Below are positions 30,585 to 40,615 of a stretch of DNA of 64,000 nucleotides, in pieces. Source of the DNA: an uncultured Gemmatimonadales bacterium (GTDB lineage: Bacteria; Gemmatimonadota; Gemmatimonadetes; Longimicrobiales; Gaopeijiaceae); contig CAWELD010000003.1 in assembly GCA_963809895.1 (NCBI GenBank), positions 1,856,001 to 1,920,000 on the forward strand. Direction: 5' to 3'. The translations under genes were made by a program, and so were the position numbers. Each line of letters opens with the position of its first letter. Position 1 is the stretch's first letter. Below the pieces are notes generated by a model. It searched no databases, was not told the DNA's origin, and saw only the letters and a program-made list of their open reading frames with translations.

Positions 30585-31691
30585 GGGATCTTCTCCAGGG
30601 GCAGCGAGACCCGGGCCTCGACGCCGGGCTCGGCCGCTCGGAGCTCCAGCGAGGCCTCACTGCCGTACAGCGCCGCCAGCCGCTCCCGCGTGAGGCCCAG
30701 ACCCGTGCCTTCCTTGACGCCGTTGGGCGAGCCTCCGTTCCGCAAGGCCCACTCCGGTGTCGCGCACGGACAGCAGCAGACGTCCCGGGGAGACGGACGC
30801 CGTGATCGACACCTCCGCCGGACCCGTCCCGGGGGACACCCCGTGCTCCACCGCGTTCTCCACCAGCGGCTGGAGAATCAGGTGCGGGACGAGCGCGTCG
30901 CCGGCCTCGGGATCGATGTCGAAGCGGACCCGCAAGCGGTCGGGCATGCGAAGCTCCTGGATGCCCGTGTAGCGGCGCAGGAAGTCGATCTCGGCATCGA
31001 GGGGCTGCACCTGCCGGCCACTCGTGGACAGCACGCTGCGGTAGAGATCGGCGAGTTGCACCAGTGCCCGGTTCCCCGCCGCGGGATCGCGGGCGTTCAC
31101 GGTCGCCACCGCCTGCAGCGCGTTGAACAGGAAGTGCGGCTGCAGGCGCGCCTGGAGGGACTGCATCTGGGCCCGGGCGAGGCTCGCTTCGAGGGCCGCC
31201 GCCTCGGCGCGCGCGTTCCGGGCCTCCCATGCGTTGACGGCCGACCACCAGGCCGCCAGGAGTCCGAAGCAGGCGATGACCTCCACCAGCAGCACCGTGC
31301 GGAAGTGCGTGAGGAGCACCTGGCCCGCCGGCTCCTGGATCTGATCGCCGAAGAACAGCAGGTCGACACCCACGACGCCGGCCGAATGGAGCAGGATCGC
31401 CACGGCACCCAGCCCGACAAGCGCCGCGATGCGGCGGCCACGAGCGGCATTCCGGCGCCGCAGGACATGATCGACCACGAGGGCCGGAAGGACCGCCGGT
31501 AGCCACGTGCCCCACTTGGCGAGGTTGAACGCGACGAGGGTCGCCACCGTGATGTCGGGAGTCGTGCCGCCGGCCTGCCACGCCAGGAGCGTCTGCGACG
31601 TCGCGATCAGGCCGCAGAGGCCCAGCGCCAGCACGCTCCACCCCAGCAGGCGGACCACGCCCGGCTGCCCATCCACCCGCGTCCGTGTCAC
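30581..31691 (-). CDS. LytS/YehU-type sensor histidine kinase (frameshift near 30715)
   Basis: TM helices, LQARLQPHFLFNAL, LQPLVENAVEHG, VRDTGVG. Confidence 0.88.
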
Positions 31692-31703
31692 ATTCCTCTC
31701 ACC

Positions 31704-33193
31704 TCACCGGTCGTTCCCGATTCCCCGAACCTTCGCACGCAGCGTGTCGGTCGGCGTGGGTTCATTATGCAACGAAAGGATCGTGTCCGCCCGGGCCCCG
31801 ACCGCATCGAGGGCCGCCAACCCTTCCGCGAGCGACTGCCGCCAGAAGTTCGGCTCGAAGCGCTCCGGGACGTAGAGGTCGCCGAGATAGGCGAGCGAGA
31901 CATCGTCGAAGGTCACGATCAACGAAGCGCGCCCCCGATCGCCACCGGGCTGCGGAGCCCGACGGACGACGAGGCTGCCGATCCGCACGCTGTCGGCCAC
32001 CTCCCGCACATCGGATGCGCTTCCCCCCTCCGTGAGCGCGTCGGGCGCCAGCCCGTGCGGAGCCTCCACCATGCCACGGATCGTGCGCGCCGTCCGCGGC
32101 GAAGCGTAGATCGGGATCCCGCGAGCCGCGTACGTGCGCACGCCCGCCAGGTGCGGCCACGCGGGCGAGGCCGCGACGACGCCCTTCACAACCGCGCCCG
32201 GCCAGCGCCGCTCGATCTCGTCGAGGATCGACTGCGAATACCCCCCCGAATGCGGCGCTTCGATGATCACCACCCCGTCCGGCTGCCGGACCAGCGTCAC
32301 GTCGTAGATGCCGCCGATCTGGACCACGCCTCCGCCGTGCTCGGTGATCGCGGGCGACCCGTTCCCCAGGGAGGTGTCCTGCTGGGCCAGGAAGCCCTGC
32401 CGCCGCCCCGCCACGTCCGCGAACGAATCGGCCGGAAAGTCCGCATGCCAGTCGATGTCCGTGTACGAGATCGTCCGCACCCGATGCCCGTCATGCCAGA
32501 CGTTGATCGTGAACGGATAGCGGAGCCCAGTGGAGTCCGCGGACCAGTTGGACCAAGCCACGCGCGTCCTCACGTCCCCCCAGACCGCCCAGTTCGGGTC
32601 GTCGGCAGTAGCTCCGCACGCCCGTCCACCCGGCCGGGAGCGACGTCTCCGCATCGATCAGCAACCGCAGCTCCGGCTCGCCCCAGGCGACGACATGCAA
32701 CCGCCTGCCCCCCAGCACCGTGTCAGGCGCCAGCCACGCATCCGACGCGCCCGCGGCCTCGAGCAACAGACGCTCCGGGGACAGCCGCACTTCCTCCAGC
32801 GCCTCCCCCGGCGTCAGGTCGTCGTCGAGATACTGCGTGAACGCGATCGGGTCCGGCCGCATCGGCAGGAGTCCCTTCATCTCCCGAAGCGCCCGCCCCG
32901 CCCGGACGTCCCGTTGCTCGGTGAACTCCACCGCGAACACCGGCGGCGTCTCGGGATCCAGGGCCACGCCCACGAGCTGCTCCTGGCGCGCGCCCGTTAG
33001 CTCGAGGGCCGAGATGCCCTCCAAGGCCGCCCGCGATCCCATCGCGTCCAGGGATGCAGCGATCACGGCGTCCGCGGAGGCGCGATCCTGCGGGCATCGA
33101 TGGCTCCCCGTCGGACGGGGGATTCCCCCCGCAGCCGAGAACCAGGATCCCGCCCAAGCCCACGGCCACCACTCCCGCCTTCGTCACCAGCAT
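31704..33193 (-). CDS. Secreted protein with C-terminal metallo-beta-lactamase-like fold, split across three frames
   Basis: Lipoprotein-like N-terminus; VVIIEAP, ASPAWPHLAGVRTY, AYLGDLY. Confidence 0.6.
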
Positions 33194-33274
33194 GTCTTCC
33201 TCCCCCCGTCGAGATCCCAGGATGAACGTCCTGCGAACGGTGGGGGGCCCTCACGTCGGTCGCGAGGGGCGTGT

Positions 33275-33302
33275 GGACGAAAGCCGACTGGGCGGGGATG
33301 AA
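33275..33302 (-). promoter_or_regulatory. Putative LytTR-binding direct repeats
   Basis: TTCATCC and TTCGTCC 21 bp apart upstream of the operon containing the LytS/LytTR pair. Confidence 0.4.
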
Positions 33303-33963
33303 GGCCGGGATTGTGTGGAGGAAATCGGGGGGGCGGTGGCAGGAGATGATCGTAGCACCGCCCCAACTTGGATGGGCAGGGGCGATTCCGGTTAGAAAGC
33401 GCTAGGTGGTCAGCCGCGACGAGGGTCCCACGAACAGGCTGAAGACGTTGGCGTTGCCTTGCCGAGGTCCAGTGGGGACTCTCCAGGCCGTGGGTTCGAC
33501 AGCTCCGTCAAGAAGCTGGCGGAAACAAGACTTGGGCCCGTTCAGTGGCGTGACGTGTCAGACGGCCGGGCTCATTGCCCCGCTGGCCTTTCATTCCAGA
33601 GTCCGCCCCGAGTCGATTCGCTACCCTCGCCAATTTGCCCAGGTATTCGCAGCTTGGCATTCTCCACTTGGACGGGGCCATAGGCCTAGATGATACTGCG
33701 GGATCCGTGATCCGCACGCGGGAGGTCCTCGTCGGGATCTGGTTTCGGGAGGGCCCTCCGGTTCCGCATGCCTCCGCCGCGGCGCAGACACGGTCGGACG
33801 CCGTCATCAAGGAGTGACCGGGAGACGAGGTGCTTCTCCGACTCCGTCCAGGTCCCAGGAGATCTCCTTCTGGCGGCACGGCTGGTTGAGGAAGTCCCTC
33901 GTTGGCGGGCCCCTTTTCTCGGGTTGCGCTCAACGCCCGCCAATTGAATGCGCAACGAGAGAT

Positions 33964-35181
33964 CTAATCGGCCGGCGCGACAACTTCAGCTGCGCTCTTC
34001 TTCCTAAAAGAGCCGAAGGAGATGTTATCGAGGAATCCATCGGGGATCGCTTGGACCGGTTCTGGATCGGGCGTCTCTCGCTTTGGGGGGACCAGCGAGG
34101 GCTCTAACGAAACCGTGTCGCCGAAGAACTGCCGTCGGATCTCCAAGCCAAGCACTTCGGCCAAGGCACTCGGTACGGCATTCCCAAGTTGCCGCTGTAT
34201 TGCTGTGATTCCGCCTTGTACTTCAAAACCATCTGGGAAAGTCTGGATACGGCAGAGTTCCCGAGCTGAAAGGCGGCGATTCTCCCAATGGAACGGTCCG
34301 ATCGCGCTGCCGGGCTGCGCCTGAACCGTCCACGAGGGGCGCTTCTTCGCGAGCTTTAGAAGCATGCTCCAATAGCGAGAACGCCACTTGAATATTGGAG
34401 TGCCGCCTCCCCTCTCCGTGTGCCAGAGGTAGTTATTCCCTTCGGGGATCGACGGCAACAAGGGTGCCCACTTCCCGGTCACGGCGAGCGCCTCGGCATT
34501 AGCTGGCCGATCAAGATCCCCTAAGGCATCCCAGGCTGTGCGGTAAGGCTCAAGGTCGAAGACTGAAACCTGCTCCGGGTTCTTCGCCGGATCTGCGAAA
34601 CGTGGCCTCGGAAACTCGAACTCCGCGCCATCCCTTGAGCCGATCAGGAAGACCCTCTCTCGGATTTGGGGAACCCCGAAATCCGCGGCATTCAGCACTT
34701 CGAAGCGTAGTGAGTATCCTGCACCCGTCCGATCGTTGATCTGAGAGAGTGCATCCTTGAGGAAGACCATTCCCTCGTCCTTCCCCTCATACGTGAGTCC
34801 GTAGACGTTCTCAAGAAGAAAGGCCTTCGGAAACGTGTCTTCGAGGACACGCATGTACGCCCCGAGCGTGGAAGCACGAGGGTCGTCGAGCCGCTTCGTA
34901 TCGCCTCGGGCCCAGTATGCTGACTTAGAGAACGGCTGGCATGGCGGACCACCACAAAGAAGGTCGGCCTCTCCGGGCTCCAGCCCGGCGGCCTCTAGGA
35001 TCGCCTCGCTCGGTACGTCGTGGATGTCCCGGTCAATCACTGGCCACTCCCGGTTGTGGCGAAGGGTGCGCACGCAGGTGCTGTCCATTTCGACACAGAC
35101 GCGAGTCTCGAATCCGGCCGCCTCTAGCCCGAGGTCAAGGCCACCGGCACCGGAGAACAGGGAGATTAGCGATCGGGACAT
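33964..35181 (-). CDS. DNA (cytosine-5)-methyltransferase of a type II R-M system
   Basis: LFSGAGG, GGPPCQPFS, ENV, QIRERVF, QLGNAVP motifs. Confidence 0.95.
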   Translation of the reverse strand: MSRSLISLFSGAGGLDLGLEAAGFETRVCVEMDSTCVRTLRHNREWPVIDRDIHDVPSEAILEAAGLEPGEADLLCGGPPCQPFSKSAYWARGDTKRLDDPRASTLGAYMRVLEDTFPKAFLLENVYGLTYEGKDEGMVFLKDALSQINDRTGAGYSLRFEVLNAADFGVPQIRERVFLIGSRDGAEFEFPRPRFADPAKNPEQVSVFDLEPYRTAWDALGDLDRPANAEALAVTGKWAPLLPSIPEGNNYLWHTERGGGTPIFKWRSRYWSMLLKLAKKRPSWTVQAQPGSAIGPFHWENRRLSARELCRIQTFPDGFEVQGGITAIQRQLGNAVPSALAEVLGLEIRRQFFGDTVSLEPSLVPPKRETPDPEPVQAIPDGFLDNISFGSFRKKSAAEVVAPAD

Positions 35182-35257
35182 TGCGCAGGGTAGGTTGAGG
35201 CTTGAGCTTCACGGGTACCGTATCATACCACCCATCCACTGTACCCTCAATACAACC

Positions 35258-35482
35258 GTGCACATCCACATTCGACTACGCGAATGCATGGACCGCCACG
35301 AAGCGCGGACCGGCCGGCGAATCAGCTACGGGGATGTGGCTGAAGCAACGGGCCTGAGCCTTGCGACGATTGAATCCATCGGATCACGCGAGCACTACAA
35401 CGCGACCCTCGCGATCGTGGCGAAGCTCTGCCGGGCCCTTTCAGTCGATATCGCAGAGATTCTCGAACTGAGGGACAGCTAA
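35258..35482 (+). CDS. Small Xre/Cro-type HTH regulator divergent from the methyltransferase
   Basis: ISYGDVAEATGLSLATIESI...KLCRALSVDIAEIL; 74 aa from GTG. Confidence 0.75.
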   Translation: MHIHIRLRECMDRHEARTGRRISYGDVAEATGLSLATIESIGSREHYNATLAIVAKLCRALSVDIAEILELRDS

Positions 35483-36564
35483 TCGCCGACAGCCGTGTCG
35501 ACGATTGCTTTCCAACTCTGCAGACCGACAATTGAGGCCTCGATCTCGAGTAGGCGCTCGTAAATGTCGCGGCCGGCAGACTCCAATACTCGTCTCGGCG
35601 GCCGCCCCGAGTTGAACAAGACGCTGCTCAGCAACTCGAGCCATCCGCAATAGACGGCGAGCGAGATCCCGCGGTCGAACGCTGCGTCCACGAGAGCACC
35701 GAGTTCGAGCCGAGGCTGACCTGTCGCAACCGCAACCATTGCCGCCCAACGCGCCTGGGCCTCGTGGGCCTTCACGAGGAAATGCGAGACGTCGTGTACA
35801 CCGACGACCTTATCTCGGACCTCGTACACGCGCACCACCGAGTAGGGATGCTCGGGATCCAGGACACCTACGTCGCCTGGGAAGCGGCGATCAGGGTCGT
35901 TGATTCGATCGACCAAGACTCGCTCCGGGCCGTAGAGCTGATCAAGGAACCCCGCAGCTACCGCCTGTGCTCGCTTCCCTCCCTCGGAATCCTCGCCTGT
36001 AAACTCCGCGACTATCGCAGCCAGTTCTGACGGGGTCACCCTGATCATCGCGTCGCCGTCTAGCGTCGGGGGTGGCGTACGTGCTCGACCCCGGATGAAT
36101 GCTCGAAGAGCTGCGCGCGCATCGCGTTCATCGCCCGCCTCAAGGAGCTGGATACCCTCCAGCATGATCTTAAATGGAACCTCGGCGTCGCCGCGTAGCT
36201 TCTCCGACGCCTCGTCGAGATCCTTCTTCCCAAAGTAGGGCTGGTTGTTCAGCGGCTCGCGTCCAGTAACGCCCAAGTCGATTGACAAAGCGGGTGCCAT
36301 CGCGGCCAGTACGTGCTGAGCGAGGCTCCGAGCGGAGTAGGCTCCGGGAACGCCAGCCGACACCTTGAGTGTCCGCACGTTGACGCGGGGGTTTGTCGCT
36401 TTGGCGAGGATGGCGGTCCCTAACATCGCTATGTGCGTCTTCGGAGCCCTTTCGCAGGCTCTGGAGAGTCTTGCAACGAGGTCGATCCATACATCCGGAA
36501 TCGGCTCTTCGCTCCGGGCGGCCTCCTTGAGCACCTGGCTAGCTTTCTCGTGATCGATCTTCAT
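35479..36564 (-). CDS. SacI-family restriction endonuclease
   Basis: AYSARSL, LGVTGREPLNNQPYF, SEGGKRAQA, INDPDRRFPGDV, EVRDK; adjacent to C5-MTase. Confidence 0.8.
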   Translation of the reverse strand: MKIDHEKASQVLKEAARSEEPIPDVWIDLVARLSRACERAPKTHIAMLGTAILAKATNPRVNVRTLKVSAGVPGAYSARSLAQHVLAAMAPALSIDLGVTGREPLNNQPYFGKKDLDEASEKLRGDAEVPFKIMLEGIQLLEAGDERDARAALRAFIRGRARTPPPTLDGDAMIRVTPSELAAIVAEFTGEDSEGGKRAQAVAAGFLDQLYGPERVLVDRINDPDRRFPGDVGVLDPEHPYSVVRVYEVRDKVVGVHDVSHFLVKAHEAQARWAAMVAVATGQPRLELGALVDAAFDRGISLAVYCGWLELLSSVLFNSGRPPRRVLESAGRDIYERLLEIEASIVGLQSWKAIVDTAVGD

Positions 36565-37032
36565 ATGTGGCTGGGTGGTGTCAGACTTCTGTCTCAATCG
36601 CGGCATTGGTTCTGGAGACCGCACCGAGACGAGCTTCCTCGCGGATGAGATCTCGCCGCGCAGCCGAAGGTCGTCTCTACACCTGAATCTCAAAAGGCTT
36701 CAAGGCAAGAGGTCCCCATCTGGAAGACATGGTCTGACCCACCCGCGAGCATGCCGCGTAACGTGAGGGGGCTTCCGAACCGGCCCTCAACCAAACGTTC
36801 GACTCGCAGGTTACGCTGAGTCCCGTCGGCTCCGCCAGGGCCTTCCACATGGTTGTGGGTCGATTCGGACGAAGCGCTGCGCCGGTCACCGCGCGGTGCG
36901 AAGCCGAACGCCTCGAGTCAAGTGAGGCGCGAACCGGGCGTTCAAGCCCAGCCCTCCCGATCATGGAGCCGTGACGAGAATGGGCAAGCCACCGTCGTTG
37001 GCCGGCCGATGCGTCTCCGGCACGCCGGGCAA

Positions 37033-37639
37033 TCACACAAGCCACACAGTGACGCCGAATGCACCGAGGACGATCGCTCCGAGGATAAGCCATGGACGCT
37101 GTGCTGCCGCAGACCAACGGAGGCGGGTGAGGAGCTTGCCCCCGAAACTGACCTTGAAGTCGTCAGGCTGTCGCACAGCGAACATCCCGTAGTCGACCGG
37201 CTCGTGGTTCTCAGGAAATCGCTTCAATATGTCGTTGTAGTCCTCAATGAACCCCACCACATCGAGCGCTTCGGCCTCAAGGCTGGCAAGGTCGTAGAGC
37301 CGTCCGAGCCTCGATCGCCGCTCGATGATGTTGGTCGGCCCGAAGCTCATACGACTTCCCATACTCTAGAACTGACACCACAAGAATGGCGATCGCCCCG
37401 ACGGCTGCAAGAAAATCGACCTGCCCGGAGCTTCCAAACGACCCACCGACCAGACCGAAGGCGTTTGCCAAGGACAGGCCCACCAGTCCGAGCGAAGCGA
37501 AAGTTACCGCCCAACGGGACGCCACGCCGGCACGCGCCAGACGGCGGTACGCTTCAAACCGGGCCCCCTTGGTTGTCCAGACCTTTCTCAGTTGCCGGGC
37601 CCTTGAGCCCTCGTCCTTCAGGTTCTTTGGCCGGATCAC
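37033..37639 (-). CDS. SLATT-domain (SLATT_5-like) membrane effector, one frameshift near 37315
   Basis: WTTKGARFEAYRRL, two TM helices, ENHEPVDY, C-terminal TM helix. Confidence 0.8.
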
Positions 37640-37658
37640 GTGACCCCCACCGAGCGTT

Positions 37659-37802
37659 GGGATCCACTGCTACATGATTCTGATGGTCGCTTCGCACTCA
37701 CCGTCAGCACGAAGGGTAGAAGCTCCTACGGAGACTCTGATCACAGCCGCCCTACTCCATGGCGTAGGGGTTCGCCCGTCCCGGGCGAGAGCAGTGGATC
37801 CC
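37659..37802 (-). ncRNA. Putative RT-associated structured ncRNA
   Basis: 13-bp perfect terminal inverted repeat (37659-37671 / 37790-37802) enclosing four hairpins; fills the RT-SLATT gap. Confidence 0.7.
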
Positions 37803-37808
37803 TAAGGG

Positions 37809-39188
37809 TTAGGAGACGAATGCGATGTCCGCTTCAAGATCCGCAATCTGCTGGTTCCGGTAACGTTCGAACAAGTCATTCACCTGTTCCTCACTCACGA
37901 AGTCGTCAGGTCCGATTCGACCTCTCTCAACGAGGAAATCCAGCCTCTGAGCCATCGTCTCAAAGACATCGTAGTTGTGAACGTAGGCACCGGAAGGCCG
38001 ATGGCGAACCTCATGGAATGCGCGGGCCAGACGCTTGACGTCACCTAGTGACTTTGTAGGTAGGCCCGCGAGCCGCGGGAGCATCGAACGTACGGCCGCG
38101 TCCATCCGAAAGAGCAAGGTCTCGTCAGTCATCGCGGAGAAGTAGAACATCCAGCCATACCTTCGCGACTCGCTGATCGCGCCGGTGATTCGCTCGTTCA
38201 ACTCATCGATGAAGACCTGCCTGGCCAGGTCCGGGGTCATCCAGTCGTGCTCTCGGATCAATCGCTGGCGGTCGCGGCGATACCGCGTTGCCCGTGCTGC
38301 GATCTGCTCGAGGAAGCGATCCACGGAGCTGTCACGCACGGTTACCAAATCGCCGGTGAAGACGTAGCCAAGGAAGCCGATAGCCCATTGAGCTCAAATC
38401 GGCCACCCTTGGCCGTTTGGGGCTCCAGCGGATGCACACGGAGGCCGCGATCCTCCAGCTCACCAGAGACGAACTCATAGACCGTCTCCACCGCATCCGC
38501 GCCCACGATCAGCAGCAGATCATCGACGAAGCGGAAGTAGGCTACCGCGTCTTCCCGGATGCGTTCATCCAAGTCCCCAAGGTAAATGTCGGCGAGGACG
38601 TTGGAGATGCGACAGGCCTTGGGGCACTCCCGCGGTCCGGCGGGTACGCGGAACCTGAGACGTCTACTCCCTTCGCGGCACCGCCGGGTTTCGAATCGCC
38701 CTGTAGACCAACTAGACTCAAAGTCCGGCAGGCGCCGCCGCACAAGGGGCATCAACTTCTCATGAGACACGGAATCGTAGAACTCCTTTATGTCCAAACG
38801 AAGGCATGCATGGGTGCCAGGCTCAGCCTCCGTGACGGCGGTGAGGGCCTCCCGAACCATTGTGTTGGGAAGGACTCGACCAACATGTCCGGAGAACTCC
38901 TCATGTAGGCGTTCCTTAGTTGGAGGAGTGCCAGGCGATCCCTCGCCGTTGGGATGCAGATCTTCGCGCGGCGGGCGAGCTTGGTCCCTTGTTTCGCAAC
39001 ACCTGGGCGTAGTTCCCGAACCGATAGGTGCCGTCTTGGACCTTCTGAGAGACCGTTGCTGCCTCCTCCTCCAGACGATCATCTAAGGCGCTCGGAGCAA
39101 CCCGATCCATACCTCTGGTTTCGTCGAGTCTGAGGCGGTCTCTGTATAGACCAACCAGAGCCTCTAGCGACCAAGGATCCGCCACCAT
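37809..39188 (-). CDS. Defence-associated reverse transcriptase (UG17/DRT10-like), multiply frameshifted as assembled
   Basis: Reconstructed across frames: PREICIPTARDR, DIKEFYDS, GVPQGLSISNVLADIYL, YFRFVDD, GFLGYVF, NERITG...YGWMFYFS. Confidence 0.85.
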
Positions 39189-39213
39189 CCCTCCTCGCTC
39201 GAACATGCCCCTC

Positions 39214-40043
39214 TCATCTCTCTCGTGCCTCATGGGTCTCAAGCAGGAACGTGGCGAGCGTCGTCGCCGCCCCCACGGCAAGACGTGCGTGCCGGGGATG
39301 AACACCTTGCGCCCTCCCGTGCTTTCCATGGCCCGTGCCGTACAGATTTCGAAGCTCAGCAAGGCCGTTAACTAGCGTCGCGAGGTTGCTGAGGAGCCGT
39401 CTGATGGACTCGGCACCCTTGGCGGCATCGTCGATGTCGGCCGGAAGAAGCGTCAGGCCTTTCTCGTCTCCTTCACCAGTCGCGGAACGTCCCACTTAGT
39501 ATCGATCGATACTCCACGCTCGGTGAGGATTGTCTTGCAGGTCGTCTCCACTAGTTCCTTCGCGGTACCGATGGCGAGACTAGGGTCCTGCTCTAGGGCA
39601 CCGCGCATGCGGTCGATCTGCCTCCGGAGTTCCGGGGCGTCCATAGACACGAGCGCGGTTCGTAGAGAGCTGTGTCCGGGAAGGCGTAGGCGCCCATCAA
39701 CCTCCTTCAAACCATCACGCGCCAACCACCGCCGCAACACGGCGGCTGTCTCTTCAGCCCAGTCGGCGTTGTGTCCGCCCCCGGATGCCTCAATGTCGAG
39801 ATTCACGAGGACAGCCTCGTAGACGCGAAGCACTCGGTTCGCCTGGACCGGATCGGACCAGTCGATGCCGTGATAGTACTGTTCGACCAAAGACCGTCGC
39901 TGTCCTCCCACAGGCGGATCGAAAGACAGGTCAGCCTCAAATCCCTCCGCACGAAAGGCGTCGTCAATCTTTGCCAACGTCGTCGAGACGAAGTACTCGC
40001 GGAATTCCTGCCGCGTCTTGATGCTAACGAGGTCTCGCGTCAT
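39214..40043 (-). CDS. AbiJ-like abortive infection protein (Abi_C C-terminal domain), one frameshift near 39460
   Basis: AIGTAKELVETTCKTIL and GLAELRNLYGTGHGK...HARLAV. Confidence 0.85.
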
Positions 40044-40433
40044 GCCAGTACCTAGTGCCTATCGACGTTGCTTAACACGCATGCAATCGCTCCCATGTCG
40101 CGCTTCACTTGACTGCCCATATCCGAGTCCTGCTGTGGCTTCATGGCCTGAGTGTACGCCTGGCACTGGCACCGACCGGCCACGCCCTCCAGAATGGCGC
40201 GTGAAAGCTCCGTCCGCAACTTATGCGATGGGATGATGCAGCCGCGCTGCACACGCACCACATCGGAGACTTGGCAACCGCTCCGCAATCAACGCCCAGC
40301 GATCCCCTGAGTGGACCAGCAGCCCAACTGGCCGGACGAACCCGCCCGGAAAAGGCCCCCCAAGTGCCGGGATGATCGTACCGCCCACCCCGCCCATCCC
40401 GGTGGTCAAACCGTGCAGGCAACCCCCCCGTCC

Positions 40434-40600
40434 GACCCCCCGCCCAGGGGCCTCTCCTGCGGGGAATCCGTCGCGGCGCAGCCCGCGAACGCAGCGGGGG
40501 CTCGCCTTCCGCCGCGCAGCGACGGCTAGCGAGCCCCCGAATTTCCCAAACCCCAGTTGGGCGAGCGTGCCCCGCAGGGGAGGCCCCTGAGCGGGGGGTC
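40434..40600. repeat. 167-bp element with 31-bp terminal inverted repeats (REP/MITE-like)
   Basis: 40434-40464 and 40570-40600 are complementary at 29 of 31 positions; internal IR CGGGGGCTCGC/GCGAGCCCCCG. Confidence 0.75.
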
Positions 40601-40615
40601 AGGCCAACAAAGCCA

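Noticed and set aside
36627..36677. Imperfect hairpin upstream of the restriction endonuclease
   Set aside because: GAGACGA/TCGTCTC with interrupted inner pairing is plausible by chance in GC-rich DNA; no further support
37659..39188. Retron (msr-msd with a1/a2 inverted repeats)
   Set aside because: The RT lacks the retron VTG and NAxxH signatures (it has FLGY), the RNA lies downstream of the RT, and there is no long msd hairpin; SLATT linkage fits a UG/DRT type better
37809..39188. Group II intron or DGR reverse transcriptase
   Set aside because: No intron domain V/VI, no template/variable repeat pair and no Avd-like gene nearby
33400..40400. Integron cassette array
   Set aside because: No integron integrase and no convincing repeated attC sites (RYYYAAC...GTTRRRY) between the co-oriented genes
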